Shown: positions 51,592-62,780, counted from the whole stretch's first letter. The stretch: 63,860 bases of DNA, filler included, from GCA_964501035.1; 4 parts of 4 records of this genome joined end to end with filler, not necessarily neighbours in it, one strand, 5' to 3'. Translations and numbers: made by a program. Notes: generated by a model from the sequence alone, not told the origin.

Positions 51592-52926
51592 TTACAAAAT
51601 GTAACGTCTCAAGTCTTCATTTTCACTGACATCATTTAATTTTAAATGCACCATTTTTTTATCTACAACAACATTAGTGATTTTTTTATTTGGCAAATCA
51701 AATAAAACTTCATCCAATAAACTTGTCATTACAGTATGTAATCGTCTTGCACCAATATTTTCCATTGTTGTATTTAACTCAGTAGAAATTTTAGCAATTT
51801 CTCGAATTGCATCAGTTTTAAACTCTAATTCTACTCCTTCTGCTTTTAGTAAAGCCTGATATTGTTTTACTAACGCATTTCTAGGACGTGTTAAAATCTT
51901 AATAAAATCTTTCATGGTTAAATTATCCATCTCTACCCTAATTGGGAAACGACCTTGCAATTCTGGTATCAAATCTGACGGTTTGCTAACATGAAATGCA
52001 CCTGCAGCAATAAACAAAATATGATCTGTTTTGACCTGCCCATACTTTGTACTCACTGTACATCCCTCTACAATGGGAAGAATATCTCGCTGCACACCTT
52101 CTCTGGAAACATCAGGTCCACTGTTAGATGATTCACCTGCAATTTTATCTATTTCATCTAAAAATACGATACCATTTTCTTCAACATTATTAAGAGCAAC
52201 TTTTACCACTTCGTCCATATCTATCAATTTTTCAGCCTCTTCTTCAATAAATACTTCCCTTGCCTCAGAAACTTTTAGCCTTTGATTTTTTTCTTTTGAT
52301 GGCATAATACTACTTAACATATCCTGAATATTACCTGCCATATCATCCATGCCAATTGGTCCCATAACTTGCATCATTGGTGCTGCTTTTGCTTTTATTT
52401 TTACTTTAATTATTTTTGACTCATATTTACCTTCAAGTAGATTTTTTCTTAATTTCTCACGTGTTCTTTCTTGGCGTAAGTTTCCATCATCATCTGAAAT
52501 TTCTAGCTTCGGTTTAGGGAAAAGTGCATCTAAAATTCGTTCATTTGCATTTTGCTCTGCTCTTTCTACTACGTCAAGTTCTTTGGTGTTTTTAACCTCT
52601 TTAACAGAAACTTCAACTAAATCTCTTACAATTGATTCTACATCCCTGCCAACATACCCAACTTCTGTGAATTTAGATGCTTCAACTTTGACCAAGGGAG
52701 CATCTACTAATGTTGCCAACCTTCTTGAAATTTCGGTTTTTCCAACACCCGTTGAGCCAATTAAAATAATATTGTTTGGGTTGATTTCGTTTCGAATAGA
52801 TTCTTCTACTTGTTGACGTCTCCAACGATTTCTAAGAGCAATTGCAACTGATCTTTTTGCGCCAGGTTGACCAATGATATACTTGTCCAATTCTCGAACA
52901 ATTTTTTTTGGTGTAAGTTCTTTCAT
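51592..52926 (-). CDS. hslU: HslU ATPase
   Basis: LTP..IV.ELD, GSTGVGKTE, EASKFTEVGYVG, ELQGRFP, terminal YIL. Confidence 0.96.
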   Translation of the reverse strand: MKELTPKKIVRELDKYIIGQPGAKRSVAIALRNRWRRQQVEESIRNEINPNNIILIGSTGVGKTEISRRLATLVDAPLVKVEASKFTEVGYVGRDVESIVRDLVEVSVKEVKNTKELDVVERAEQNANERILDALFPKPKLEISDDDGNLRQERTREKLRKNLLEGKYESKIIKVKIKAKAAPMMQVMGPIGMDDMAGNIQDMLSSIMPSKEKNQRLKVSEAREVFIEEEAEKLIDMDEVVKVALNNVEENGIVFLDEIDKIAGESSNSGPDVSREGVQRDILPIVEGCTVSTKYGQVKTDHILFIAAGAFHVSKPSDLIPELQGRFPIRVEMDNLTMKDFIKILTRPRNALVKQYQALLKAEGVELEFKTDAIREIAKISTELNTTMENIGARRLHTVMTSLLDEVLFDLPNKKITNVVVDKKMVHLKLNDVSENEDLRRYIL

Positions 52927-53465
52927 TATGCTTCCAAAATAGTAATATTATCGTTTGTATAAATGCAAATATCTGCTGTAATCAACAGCGAACTTTTAAC
53001 AATTTCTGTTGGATTCTTCTTTCCTGCTTTTAGAAAAGCTCTTGCTGCAGATGTTGCATACCCTGAACCACTTCCAATTGAAATCACTTGACCGTCTGGT
53101 TCAATCACGTCTCCTGACCCAGAAAGAATATATGCATTTTTACGATCCATTATAGCTAGAAGTGCATCTAATTCTTTTAGAATTTTATCAGTTCTCCAAT
53201 CTTTTGCCAACTCAACTACTGCTCGTTGAAGATTGCCATTCATTTCATCTAATTTGCCTTCAAATTTCTCAAATAATGACATTGCATCAGCTGCGGCTCC
53301 CGCAAAACCAGCCAAAACTTTACCATTGTAAAAACTTCGTACTTTTACAGCTTTAGACTTCATTTGGATATCGCCTAATGTTACTTGGCCATCTCCACCA
53401 AGAGCTATTTTATTTTTTGTTCTTACGCCTAATATAGTCGTAGATATAAAGTTTGTTTTTTTCAT
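52926..53465 (-). CDS. hslV: HslV peptidase
   Basis: TTILG, GDGQVT, GFAG, IGSGS, CIYTN. Confidence 0.95.
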   Translation of the reverse strand: MKKTNFISTTILGVRTKNKIALGGDGQVTLGDIQMKSKAVKVRSFYNGKVLAGFAGAAADAMSLFEKFEGKLDEMNGNLQRAVVELAKDWRTDKILKELDALLAIMDRKNAYILSGSGDVIEPDGQVISIGSGSGYATSAARAFLKAGKKNPTEIVKSSLLITADICIYTNDNITILEA

Positions 53466-53467
53466 AT

Positions 53468-54856
53468 TTATAATTCTCTTCTTAATCGTGCTACAGGAAA
53501 TTTAAATTGCTCTCTATATTTTGTAACAGTTCTTCTTGCAATACTAAACCCAAGTTTGTTTAGTGATTTCGCTAAATCTTCATCACTTAAAGGATGTTGC
53601 TTGTCTTCACTAGTAATTAATTGTTTCAATTTATCCTTAACAACAGTATTTGATATTTCATCACCCGTGGATGTTACTACCCCTTCAGAAAAAAACTCTT
53701 TTAACTCTTTTATCTCCCAAGGAAGTTGTACAAATTTTCCATTTGTAACTCGACTAACGGTTGAAATATCCATCTGAATTTCATCTGCAACGTCTTGCAA
53801 AATCATTGGAGTTAACTCTCTTTTATCTGAGTTAAAGTAAGCATCTTGCTTTTGAATAATAGTTTCCATCACCATTAAAATTGTATTTCGTCTTTGTTTA
53901 ATTGCTTCAATAAACCATTGAGCTGATTCAACTTTTTGCTGAACAAACTTCTTAACATCACTTTTGTCTTTATATGTTGAAAGCATTTTTTTATATTGAG
54001 TGCTTATAACTAATTCTGGGATAGATGAATCACTGAACGAAATCGACCATCCTTTTTCATTTGGTTCAGCAATAACATCTGGAATAACAAAATCTTTTTC
54101 AATATTTGTAAGAGAGTCTCCTGGTTTGGGATTTAGTAAAGATATCACTTCAAGGGCATTTTGCAAAGAATCTTTGTTACAATCTAACTCCGTCATAATT
54201 TTTTCGTATCTATGATTTGCAAGATCATCAAAATACTTATCCATAATTTTATATTCAAGTGAATTTTCTTGAGAACTATCCAATTGTGCTAATAAACATT
54301 CACGCATATTAGTTGATGCCATTCCTGGGGGATCTAACCGTTGGATTCTATGCATGACAGATAAAATTTTACCTTCATCTAGTCCCATTCTATCTGAAAT
54401 TAAAACTGGTTCAATTGTCAAATATCCTTGATCATCTAAGTTACCCAAGATTTGTTCTGCGATTTTTAATTCTTCAGCACTTGCATTAAGGTCACGAAGT
54501 TGCTCGATAAAGTTTTCTGTTAAAGATTTTACTTCTTTAATTGGGATATTTGTATCTTCGATATCCTTACTAACTGGTTGCCGTATTTCATATTCATCTG
54601 GATCACCAAGCAGTTCTTCCCACTCAAAATCATTTTCTTCTTGAGTATTTTCATCCAACTCTTCTTCTGAATCATCAATATTATCATTGTCAATATTCTC
54701 ATCTAAATCAACCATTTCAAGAGCTGGATTTAACTCAAGCTCTTCCAATATGCGCTGTTCAAGATTTAGACTATTGAGTTGTAGTATTTTTGCTTGAATT
54801 ATTTGCTGAGGAGTTAACTTCTGTTTTAACTCAATATGTTGGGATAATTTGGGCAT
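53468..54856 (-). CDS. rpoN: RNA polymerase sigma-54 factor
   Basis: Q-rich region I, NPALE, STVSR, RpoN box ARRTVTKYRE. Confidence 0.95.
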   Translation of the reverse strand: MPKLSQHIELKQKLTPQQIIQAKILQLNSLNLEQRILEELELNPALEMVDLDENIDNDNIDDSEEELDENTQEENDFEWEELLGDPDEYEIRQPVSKDIEDTNIPIKEVKSLTENFIEQLRDLNASAEELKIAEQILGNLDDQGYLTIEPVLISDRMGLDEGKILSVMHRIQRLDPPGMASTNMRECLLAQLDSSQENSLEYKIMDKYFDDLANHRYEKIMTELDCNKDSLQNALEVISLLNPKPGDSLTNIEKDFVIPDVIAEPNEKGWSISFSDSSIPELVISTQYKKMLSTYKDKSDVKKFVQQKVESAQWFIEAIKQRRNTILMVMETIIQKQDAYFNSDKRELTPMILQDVADEIQMDISTVSRVTNGKFVQLPWEIKELKEFFSEGVVTSTGDEISNTVVKDKLKQLITSEDKQHPLSDEDLAKSLNKLGFSIARRTVTKYREQFKFPVARLRREL

Positions 54857-55599
54857 TAACTTTCAAAATCCATTTTAAATTTACTGCCTAAGTATAATCG
54901 TCTGGTTTCTTCGTCTTGCGTTAGTTCTTTTGCTGTTCCAGAATTTAATATGGAACCCTCATACAACAAATATGCACGATCTGTAATTGTCAATGTTTCT
55001 CTAACATTATGATCCGTAATCAAAACTCCGATATTTTTTTCTTTCAGACGTTTAATAATTCCTTGAATATCTTCAACAGCAATTGGATCAATACCTGCAA
55101 AAGGTTCATCCAATAAAATAAAATCTGGATTCATCACGAGTGATCGAGCAATTTCAGTTCTTCGTCTTTCACCCCCAGATAATGTCATTGCTTTACTTTT
55201 GCGAATATGTGTAATGGAAAATTCTTCTAACAACTGTTCTAAACGTTCCTTTTGTTTAGAGCGAGATTCATGAGTCATTTGGAGAACTAGTTTTAAATTG
55301 TCTTCGACGGACAATTTGGTAAACACTGAAGCTTCTTGTGCTAAATATCCAACCCCAATGTTTGCTCTTTTATACATTGGAAATTTTGTAATATTTGTAT
55401 GATTAAAATATACTTCCCCTTTATTTGGTTGAATCATGCCAGTTATCATATAAAATGTGGTGGTTTTACCAGCTCCATTAGGTCCAAGCAATCCAACAAC
55501 TTCGCCTTGTTCAATTTGTATTGAGACTCCTTTGACAACTTCTTTTTTGCCATAGGTTTTATGTAAATTTTTAATTTTTAAAATAGATGGCTTGCTCAA
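54856..55599 (-). CDS. lptB: LPS export ATPase LptB
   Basis: GPNGAGKTTTFY, LSGGERRR.EIAR, DEPFAGIDP, ITDHNVRETL. Confidence 0.95.
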   Translation of the reverse strand: MSKPSILKIKNLHKTYGKKEVVKGVSIQIEQGEVVGLLGPNGAGKTTTFYMITGMIQPNKGEVYFNHTNITKFPMYKRANIGVGYLAQEASVFTKLSVEDNLKLVLQMTHESRSKQKERLEQLLEEFSITHIRKSKAMTLSGGERRRTEIARSLVMNPDFILLDEPFAGIDPIAVEDIQGIIKRLKEKNIGVLITDHNVRETLTITDRAYLLYEGSILNSGTAKELTQDEETRRLYLGSKFKMDFES

Positions 55600-56133
55600 T
55601 TATTTTCCTGAATTTTGATGTGTAATTCCATGCGGTTTTAACACTTTGTAATGAGTTAAATCCATATCAGATTCAAATCCTACCCCAAATAAAGTATCTC
55701 TATTATCTGTAGTAAACATCACTGAATCATCCGAAGTTACTAATTTGTATTGATTATCCCAAAGAATATGTTGAGTTCTCAAAACAAAACCACTGTCAGA
55801 AACAACGGTAACATTTCCATGCGCATTCAAATTATTGGTTTTATTATGAATAATGGCTGAATCGGAATACATAACACTTACATAATCTCCCTCATCATTA
55901 AAAAACTCAGCCTTCACGTTTCCAACTAATAATGCATTTTCATTTGATTCTTTATATAGTTTCATGGAATGCGCTTCCACAACTTTATTCTCTCCTCTTG
56001 AGATAATGATAAATGGATTCGTGATATCATTTTCTATATAATCTGAAATTGATTTTCCAGTAGTTTTTGCATTTTGCGAGTTATTGCAAGATAAAACTAA
56101 TAGTACAAATCCTATTGACACAAACCACTTCAT
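55600..56133 (-). CDS. lptC: LPS export protein LptC
   Basis: Lipoprotein-like signal, AHGNVTV, LRT..ILWD, GVGFESD jellyroll; position upstream of lptB. Confidence 0.75.
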   Translation of the reverse strand: MKWFVSIGFVLLVLSCNNSQNAKTTGKSISDYIENDITNPFIIISRGENKVVEAHSMKLYKESNENALLVGNVKAEFFNDEGDYVSVMYSDSAIIHNKTNNLNAHGNVTVVSDSGFVLRTQHILWDNQYKLVTSDDSVMFTTDNRDTLFGVGFESDMDLTHYKVLKPHGITHQNSGK

Positions 56134-56669
56134 GTACCATATACTTTCGTTTTCATTTTTTGAAGTGTCGTTTCATACAAACCTTGTGCATTTAGAATTA
56201 ACTCAACGAGTTCTCGCAATGCTCCTTTACCACCTGATGTTTTTGTAGTATGTCTTGCAATTGACTTTACATATGGATGCGCATTTTCAACTGCAACGGG
56301 GAACCCTACTTTTTCCATTACTGGCACATCAATCATGCCATCACCAATATATGCAACCTCTTCATCAGTGACATTATAAATATTCTTTAACTTTTCATAG
56401 GGTTTAAGTTTATTCAAACTTCCTTGTAAACAATAATCAATGTTCATTTCTTGCATTCTATACGTGGTCGCTAAAGAAAATCTTCCAGATATAAATGCGA
56501 CTGGAATACCCGCTAATTTTGAAAATGCAACCCCAGCACCGTCTTCAACGGTAAATTGTTTAAATTCTTCACCATTGGATGCTAAATAAATAGCACCATC
56601 CGTAATTACACCGTCAACATCAGATATAATTAGTTTAATCTTTTTAATTATGGATAATTGTTCAGGCAT
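56130..56669 (-). CDS. kdsC: KDO-8-phosphate phosphatase (HAD family)
   Basis: DVDGVITDG, ISGR, YIGD..ID, GGKGALRE. Confidence 0.85.
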   Translation of the reverse strand: MPEQLSIIKKIKLIISDVDGVITDGAIYLASNGEEFKQFTVEDGAGVAFSKLAGIPVAFISGRFSLATTYRMQEMNIDYCLQGSLNKLKPYEKLKNIYNVTDEEVAYIGDGMIDVPVMEKVGFPVAVENAHPYVKSIARHTTKTSGGKGALRELVELILNAQGLYETTLQKMKTKVYGT

Positions 56670-58299
56670 TATTTTTATATTTAATCGAAGCAGAAATAAA
56701 ATCATTAAACAATGGATGTACTTCTACAATTCTACTTTTAAGTTCAGGATGAAATTGAACTCCAACAAACCAAGGATGGTCATTTATTTCAATCATTTCA
56801 ACCAAATCTAATTTCTTATTCAAACCACTGATAACCAATCCATTTTTTACAAGTTTATCTCTGAAATCGTTATTAACTTCGTACCGGTGTCTATGTCTTT
56901 CCTCAATTTTCTTTTTACTATATGCTGAATATGCAAACGTGCCACTCTTAACATCACATGGATATGAGCCTAATCGCATGGATGCACCTTTTTTACTAAC
57001 GTGTCGTTGTCCGTGCATTAAGTCAACAACTGGAAACCGTAGATGCTTTTTAAACTCGGTACTATTTGCATTTTTCATTTCACAGACATGTCTAGCATAA
57101 TCAATGATTGCACATTGCAAACCAAGACAAATACCAAAGAATGGAATTTTGTTTTCTCGAGCTATTTTAGATGAAATAATTTTACCTTCAATCCCTCTAT
57201 CACCAAATCCCCCTGGAATAAGTATTCCATCTACTCCTTCAAACTGAGATTCAGGGTTATCAATGGTTTCTAATGCTTCTGTATCTATCCATTTTACATT
57301 AACTTGTGTTGAGTTTTCTATTCCTGCATGGATAAATGCTTCAAGGATACTTTTATATGCATCATGCAAACTATTATATTTTCCACATACTGCAATGTTT
57401 ACAGATTCTTTGGGATTTTTATATCTTTCAATTGCTCTTTCAAGTGAGTTAATGTTTTTATGTACTGATTCAGAATTCAGTTCTAATCGTTTTATAATTT
57501 CAGTATCAAATCCTTGTTTATGAAGCACCAACGGAATTTCGTAAATCGTTTCAACATCCGGAGATTCAAAAACATGACCCTGTCGTACATTACAAAATAG
57601 GCCCAATTTCTTTTTTAATTTTGTGGTTAAGTGATGATTTTCTTCAGTTCTGCAAACAAGTACATCCGGTTCTATTCCAATTTCACGAAGTCGCATAACA
57701 CTATGCTGAGTTGGTTTTGTTTTCATTTCACCAGCAGCATTAATAAATGGAAGTAATGTGGTATGAATGACAAGCGTATTTTCTTTTTCTTCTTCCAAAA
57801 CCATTTGTCGAATTGCTTCATAAAATGGTTGTCCTTCAATATCACCAACAGTACCACCCACTTCTGTAATAATTACATCATATTTTCGTCGAGGGTTAAC
57901 TGCTTTAATACGACGTTTTATTTCATCGGTAATATGGGGAATAACTTGAATAGTATCACCCAAATAATCCCCTTTTCGTTCTCGTTCCAATACATCCCAA
58001 TAAACACGACCAGATGACGTTGTATTTAATGTACTTAAATCTAAATCAATAAATCGTTCGTAATGACCTAAATCCAAATCGGTTTCAGAACCATCATCTA
58101 ATACAAATACTTCCCCATGTTGAAATGGATTCATTGTTCCGGGATCTACATTTAAATATGGATCTAATTTTTGAATGGTTACATTATATCCAAGAGATTT
58201 TAATAAATAACCTAAGGAAGATGCAACTATACCTTTACCTAATCCAGATAAAACTCCTCCAAATACAAATATATACTTTACAGATGGTTTTTTTGTCAC
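56662..58299 (-). CDS. pyrG: CTP synthase
   Basis: GGVLSGLGKG, DPYLNVDPGTM, KTKPTQHSV, GICLG, QFHPE. Confidence 0.97.
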   Translation of the reverse strand: MTKKPSVKYIFVFGGVLSGLGKGIVASSLGYLLKSLGYNVTIQKLDPYLNVDPGTMNPFQHGEVFVLDDGSETDLDLGHYERFIDLDLSTLNTTSSGRVYWDVLERERKGDYLGDTIQVIPHITDEIKRRIKAVNPRRKYDVIITEVGGTVGDIEGQPFYEAIRQMVLEEEKENTLVIHTTLLPFINAAGEMKTKPTQHSVMRLREIGIEPDVLVCRTEENHHLTTKLKKKLGLFCNVRQGHVFESPDVETIYEIPLVLHKQGFDTEIIKRLELNSESVHKNINSLERAIERYKNPKESVNIAVCGKYNSLHDAYKSILEAFIHAGIENSTQVNVKWIDTEALETIDNPESQFEGVDGILIPGGFGDRGIEGKIISSKIARENKIPFFGICLGLQCAIIDYARHVCEMKNANSTEFKKHLRFPVVDLMHGQRHVSKKGASMRLGSYPCDVKSGTFAYSAYSKKKIEERHRHRYEVNNDFRDKLVKNGLVISGLNKKLDLVEMIEINDHPWFVGVQFHPELKSRIVEVHPLFNDFISASIKYKNNA

Positions 58300-58597
58300 A
58301 AATTTTCCCTTGTAATAGATTTTGGTTTAATTAAAATATGATTCAATTTAAAAGAGAGAATATTGTATAAAGGAATTGTAATCCTCCGAAAACCAATATT
58401 CATTTTTCTGCATTTCATAATCATATTGAGGTGAAATTCTAGTAGAAATATCGGTCTAAAAGTTAAGATAATTTTACGTGATGAAATAACACTAAAATTA
58501 AATTCAATAATTTTGGACGGAAAAATATAAAATTTATCAATACAATAGAAAAATCACTTCACAAACATAAATAAGGTAGGTTAATTTTTCACATCGT

Positions 58598-60016
58598 ATG
58601 AGCAGCATTTCAGAATTATTAAATAAGAATAAAGAAATTTCACAGATTTTAAAATCTGCTGGGGATTTGGGTAATGAATTAAATATCCCAACATTTGCCG
58701 TGGGTGGATGTGTAAGAGATTTCCTTTTAGGAAGACAAACAACCGATATTGATATCATGGTTGAAGGTAATGGCCTAGATTTCGCAAAACAACTTTCAAA
58801 CCGACTTGATATTGGAACAACCGTTGAATATGAAAAATTTGGAACAGCAATGATTCCACATCCAAATATTGAAATTGAAATAGCCACAGCTCGCAAGGAA
58901 ACATATTCATCTACATCCCGTAAACCAGAAATAATTTCAACCACAATTGACGAAGATTTATCAAGGCGTGATTTTACCATAAATGCAATGGCAGCATCCC
59001 TTTTACCTCATAACTTTGGTGAATTGTTAGACCCATTTGGGGGAATTACTGATTTACATAAAGGATTAATAATTACACCATTAGATCCCGATGAAACATT
59101 TAGTGACGATCCATTAAGAATGCTTCGAGCAGTTAGGTTTGCTTCGCAACTCAATTTTAACATTGCACCTTTAGTTTTAGATAGTATTCACAACCAAAAA
59201 CATCGTATTGATATAATTTCTTGGGAAAGAATTACCGAAGAGATAATCAAAATCCTTAAATCTGATAAACCAAGTATTGCATTTTATTTATTAAAAGAGG
59301 TGGGGTTACTTTCATATGTTTTTCCTGAGTTAGATGTCATGTCAGGTGTCGAAGTTAGAAATGGAAAAGGACATAAAGATGTCTTTGCTCATACTTTGCA
59401 GGTAGTAGATAATACTGCAAAGTTAACCAATAAACTAGAAGTACGGTTTTCTGCCTTAGTGCATGATATTGCCAAACCACGAACCAAACGATTTGAAGCT
59501 GGCAAGGGTTGGACCTTTCATGGGCACGATGAAATTGGTGCACGAATGATGAAAAAAATTGCTAAACGCATGAAATTATCCAATGAACTTCGCGACTATT
59601 TAATGAAACTGATACGGCTCCATCTAAGACCTATTGTTTTAGCAAAATCAGATATTACGGATAGTGCGGTAAGAAGGGTAATGTTTAAAGCTGGAGATGA
59701 CATTGATGATCTGATGATTCTATGCCGAGCGGATATAACTACTAAAAATCCACATAAAGTAAAAAAATACATGGCTAATTTTGAACGTGTAGAAATATTA
59801 ATGCAAGATGTAAAAATGAGAGATGAAATGCGCTCCTTCCAGTCGCCAGTTCGGGGTGATGTTATTATGAAAGATTTAAAGTTAAAACCTGGACCAAGTA
59901 TTGGAAAAATAAAAGATGCAATTGAAAATGCAATATTAGATGGAAAAATCCCAAATGAATATGATGCTGCCTATCAATATATGATGGAAATTAAGGACTC
60001 TCTAATCAATAATTAG
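58598..60016 (+). CDS. cca: CCA tRNA nucleotidyltransferase with HD domain
   Basis: VGGCVRD, DIDI, RRDFTINA, DDPLRMLRA.RF, HD motif LVHDIAK. Confidence 0.9.
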   Translation: MSSISELLNKNKEISQILKSAGDLGNELNIPTFAVGGCVRDFLLGRQTTDIDIMVEGNGLDFAKQLSNRLDIGTTVEYEKFGTAMIPHPNIEIEIATARKETYSSTSRKPEIISTTIDEDLSRRDFTINAMAASLLPHNFGELLDPFGGITDLHKGLIITPLDPDETFSDDPLRMLRAVRFASQLNFNIAPLVLDSIHNQKHRIDIISWERITEEIIKILKSDKPSIAFYLLKEVGLLSYVFPELDVMSGVEVRNGKGHKDVFAHTLQVVDNTAKLTNKLEVRFSALVHDIAKPRTKRFEAGKGWTFHGHDEIGARMMKKIAKRMKLSNELRDYLMKLIRLHLRPIVLAKSDITDSAVRRVMFKAGDDIDDLMILCRADITTKNPHKVKKYMANFERVEILMQDVKMRDEMRSFQSPVRGDVIMKDLKLKPGPSIGKIKDAIENAILDGKIPNEYDAAYQYMMEIKDSLINN

Positions 60017-61426
60017 ATTAACCAGTGTTAAAATATCTAACACATTAATTATACTATCTGAATTTAAATCACCGATATAAAAATAGGGTTCTTCATTCAT
60101 AATATTATTAACCAATAAAATGATGTCCTGGACGTTAACAACATTATCCCCATTTATATCACCTAATAAAATAGAGTTGAAATAATCAATGCTGTATTTA
60201 TTTGCCCTAGCAATCCAATGGTTAGTTATATTGGTGGTATACTCATAATCCCAAAGAATACCTCCATCTGACTCCACCTCAATAATACGTGCGGTATGGG
60301 TTTGTGTTATCAATGTGTTTCCATTGGGTAGTCTGAACGCTCCCCCCTGCATTGGAGTTGTAAAGTCTCCCATATGAATCCACTCCCATAATTCAGGACC
60401 ATAGGCATCACTCTCATCCAAAAAGTAATTACCATTTTCTAAAAGTGGTGGTTGGATTTCTAAAACTGCAGATTGTCCTTCTTCATGAAAATTATTGAAC
60501 AAAAGTAAATTCCCTTCGCCCGGATATCCAATTGGAATCCAATTCACACTATGTTGAGAATTTAAAATGGTATTTGCACTAATTCCTCTATCATAATTTG
60601 ATGGATTTCCCCATCTATATAGAATATCTCCCCCTTTACCACTATTACCACCACTATGGCTTCCAGATTCAACCATGGTGGTACTATGGTCAATAATATA
60701 AAACTCATTTTGTAAGCGAGAAGAAATTACAATTTGATCAAGAATTGGATTGTAATCAATTGAATTTATATGCATCCAATCAGCATTTGCCCCTTGTGGA
60801 CCACCTGCATTACTACCCACTGACCCACAATTTATATCAAACAATTCAGGATGTTCTGAAATTATTCCAAAGTTTGGTTTTTCAGAATCAATATCTTGAA
60901 TCAAATGGTCCCATAAATGCCATTCCCAATCAAAATTACCTGTGTTTGGGTTTAGTTCTAAGACTGCTGTTGACCACATTTGATTTAATGGGTTAATGAT
61001 TTCTTCTCTCCCCATTTCAAATGCTTCTTGAGCAGACTTCTTCTCCCATGCAATGATTAAAATATTTCCATTGGGTAAGGGTTGTATATCGTGGTGATGT
61101 TGATATATCTCATCTGAAATAATGTGCTCCCATTCAATATCACCATTCCAACTTAGCTTTTGGATGCCTCCTCCAACTCCACCCGAAATCATTGTGGGAG
61201 ATTCAACTCTATAGGGATAAATAATAGAACTGTCTTGCATTAAATATGGCATACTAGCTGGACCAAACTCATGTGACCAAGAATGAATAACATCTTCATT
61301 CGTATCCAACAATATTGTAGTTGCACCGTCTTCATCGGCACTTTTTGGTGTAAATAGAGTGTATCCTTCAAAGACTTCTCCAAGAAGGATAGAATTTAAT
61401 AGAAGTAGAATGATACCTTTTTTCAT
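60002..61426 (-). CDS. Aryl-sulfate sulfotransferase-family beta-propeller with a C-terminal dockerin-like domain
   Basis: QHHDIQPLPNGN, DWMHINSIDY, YRWGNP, QHS, RLPNGNTLI; GDINGD..VNVQDI ... GDLNSD.IINVLDI. Confidence 0.82.
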   Translation of the reverse strand: MKKGIILLLLNSILLGEVFEGYTLFTPKSADEDGATTILLDTNEDVIHSWSHEFGPASMPYLMQDSSIIYPYRVESPTMISGGVGGGIQKLSWNGDIEWEHIISDEIYQHHHDIQPLPNGNILIIAWEKKSAQEAFEMGREEIINPLNQMWSTAVLELNPNTGNFDWEWHLWDHLIQDIDSEKPNFGIISEHPELFDINCGSVGSNAGGPQGANADWMHINSIDYNPILDQIVISSRLQNEFYIIDHSTTMVESGSHSGGNSGKGGDILYRWGNPSNYDRGISANTILNSQHSVNWIPIGYPGEGNLLLFNNFHEEGQSAVLEIQPPLLENGNYFLDESDAYGPELWEWIHMGDFTTPMQGGAFRLPNGNTLITQTHTARIIEVESDGGILWDYEYTTNITNHWIARANKYSIDYFNSILLGDINGDNVVNVQDIILLVNNIMNEEPYFYIGDLNSDSIINVLDILTLVNLIID

Positions 61427-61496
61427 GATATAATTTAACAATTTTATTGGAGTAAAAATTATCACTAACCAACAATTCTCAACTAATTTATCCCCA

Positions 61497-62780
61497 CTAT
61501 TGCTCAATGATAACACTAACTAATTGGACAATATCTAAGACTGAAAATAAACCATCTCGATTGAGGTCAATTTTATATAAATCAAATACGGTTGGGTTAG
61601 GATTTTGACTTATAACTTCATTTACAAGATAAACAATATCTAATACATTTATAATTTGGTCAAGATTGGGATCACCTACAAGTAAATCAATGTCAAACTC
61701 CCAGTTGCTTTTAGTAACACGATACGTTAAATAACCAAATGGATATTTAATTTCCAATACAATATTTTTATCCATATCAACTTCAGTTATAATAGTACCC
61801 AAGCCACTTGAAGATAATGAGCCCCAGTTAATTAATGTATTGCCATTGGGTAGTCGTTGAGCACTTCCCATTGATAATCCAAAGTAACCTTCTGGATGTG
61901 TGTATTCCCAAACCATTGATAAAATTTTATTTGTTTCATCTATCTCATACTCAACAACTCTTGAAACTTGAGTTTCATGTCCATTTCCGTTGTCAAATAA
62001 AGTGTAATTTCCATTTGGCATTATTCTAACATCATGCTGTAAACTAAACCCATTGAGTGGGTCATTTTCTATTGAAAACTCATTTTGAGGTCCACCTAAC
62101 CTCCAAATTACATCCCCCGTCTGTCTGTGTATTTTAATTATTTCGCTACTAGTTCTATTGGAAATTACAAAATGATTATCAACATCAATTTCAATACTAT
62201 TTCCATGCATCCAGATAATTTCTGGGGCATATAAATTCAGATTCGTATAGTCGGTAATATCTAAATAATCCCACGCTTGCCATTCAAATATTAGTTCGTG
62301 ATGTGAATTAAACTCCTGAATCACAAGCTGATCTTTAATAATCACAACTTGTAGTCCACCATTAATCAATTGACTCATATCAACAATAAGTGAACCATAT
62401 GCTTGTAAAATATAATGTCCATTAGGAAGCAATAAACATTCGTGATAATCCAGAGGAAAGTTATTAACCATGTGTAATGTATCAACTTCTCTCATTTCTC
62501 TATTTGTTAATATCCAATACAAATTATCTTTATGAAAATAAGATAGATTATTACCATTGGGTTTAAAATTCATTCCCATATTTTCACTCATAACATCCCA
62601 CTTTAAATTCATATTGGTATCTAAAATAGACATATATCTATTTTCTTGTGATGTTATATGAATAAACAAATCTGCAGGGTAGGGATTATCATTTACATTT
62701 ATTTCAAATTCTGGATAAGTATTGGATTGTAAAAACACCCCAGAAACCAAAACAAATAAATATAATAATTTCATTTTCAT
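61497..62780 (-). CDS. Second aryl-sulfate sulfotransferase-family protein with a dockerin-like domain
   Basis: DYHE, WMHGNSI, WRLGG, QHDVR, FDNG, GSAQRLPNGNTLI; GDPNLD.IINVLDI ... DLNRDG.FSVLDI. Confidence 0.82.
   Translation of the reverse strand: MKMKLLYLFVLVSGVFLQSNTYPEFEINVNDNPYPADLFIHITSQENRYMSILDTNMNLKWDVMSENMGMNFKPNGNNLSYFHKDNLYWILTNREMREVDTLHMVNNFPLDYHECLLLPNGHYILQAYGSLIVDMSQLINGGLQVVIIKDQLVIQEFNSHHELIFEWQAWDYLDITDYTNLNLYAPEIIWMHGNSIEIDVDNHFVISNRTSSEIIKIHRQTGDVIWRLGGPQNEFSIENDPLNGFSLQHDVRIMPNGNYTLFDNGNGHETQVSRVVEYEIDETNKILSMVWEYTHPEGYFGLSMGSAQRLPNGNTLINWGSLSSSGLGTIITEVDMDKNIVLEIKYPFGYLTYRVTKSNWEFDIDLLVGDPNLDQIINVLDIVYLVNEVISQNPNPTVFDLYKIDLNRDGLFSVLDIVQLVSVIIEQ

Noticed and set aside
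53440..53465. N-terminal extension before the HslV catalytic Thr
   Set aside because: Short propeptides are already known in HslV/CodW homologs.
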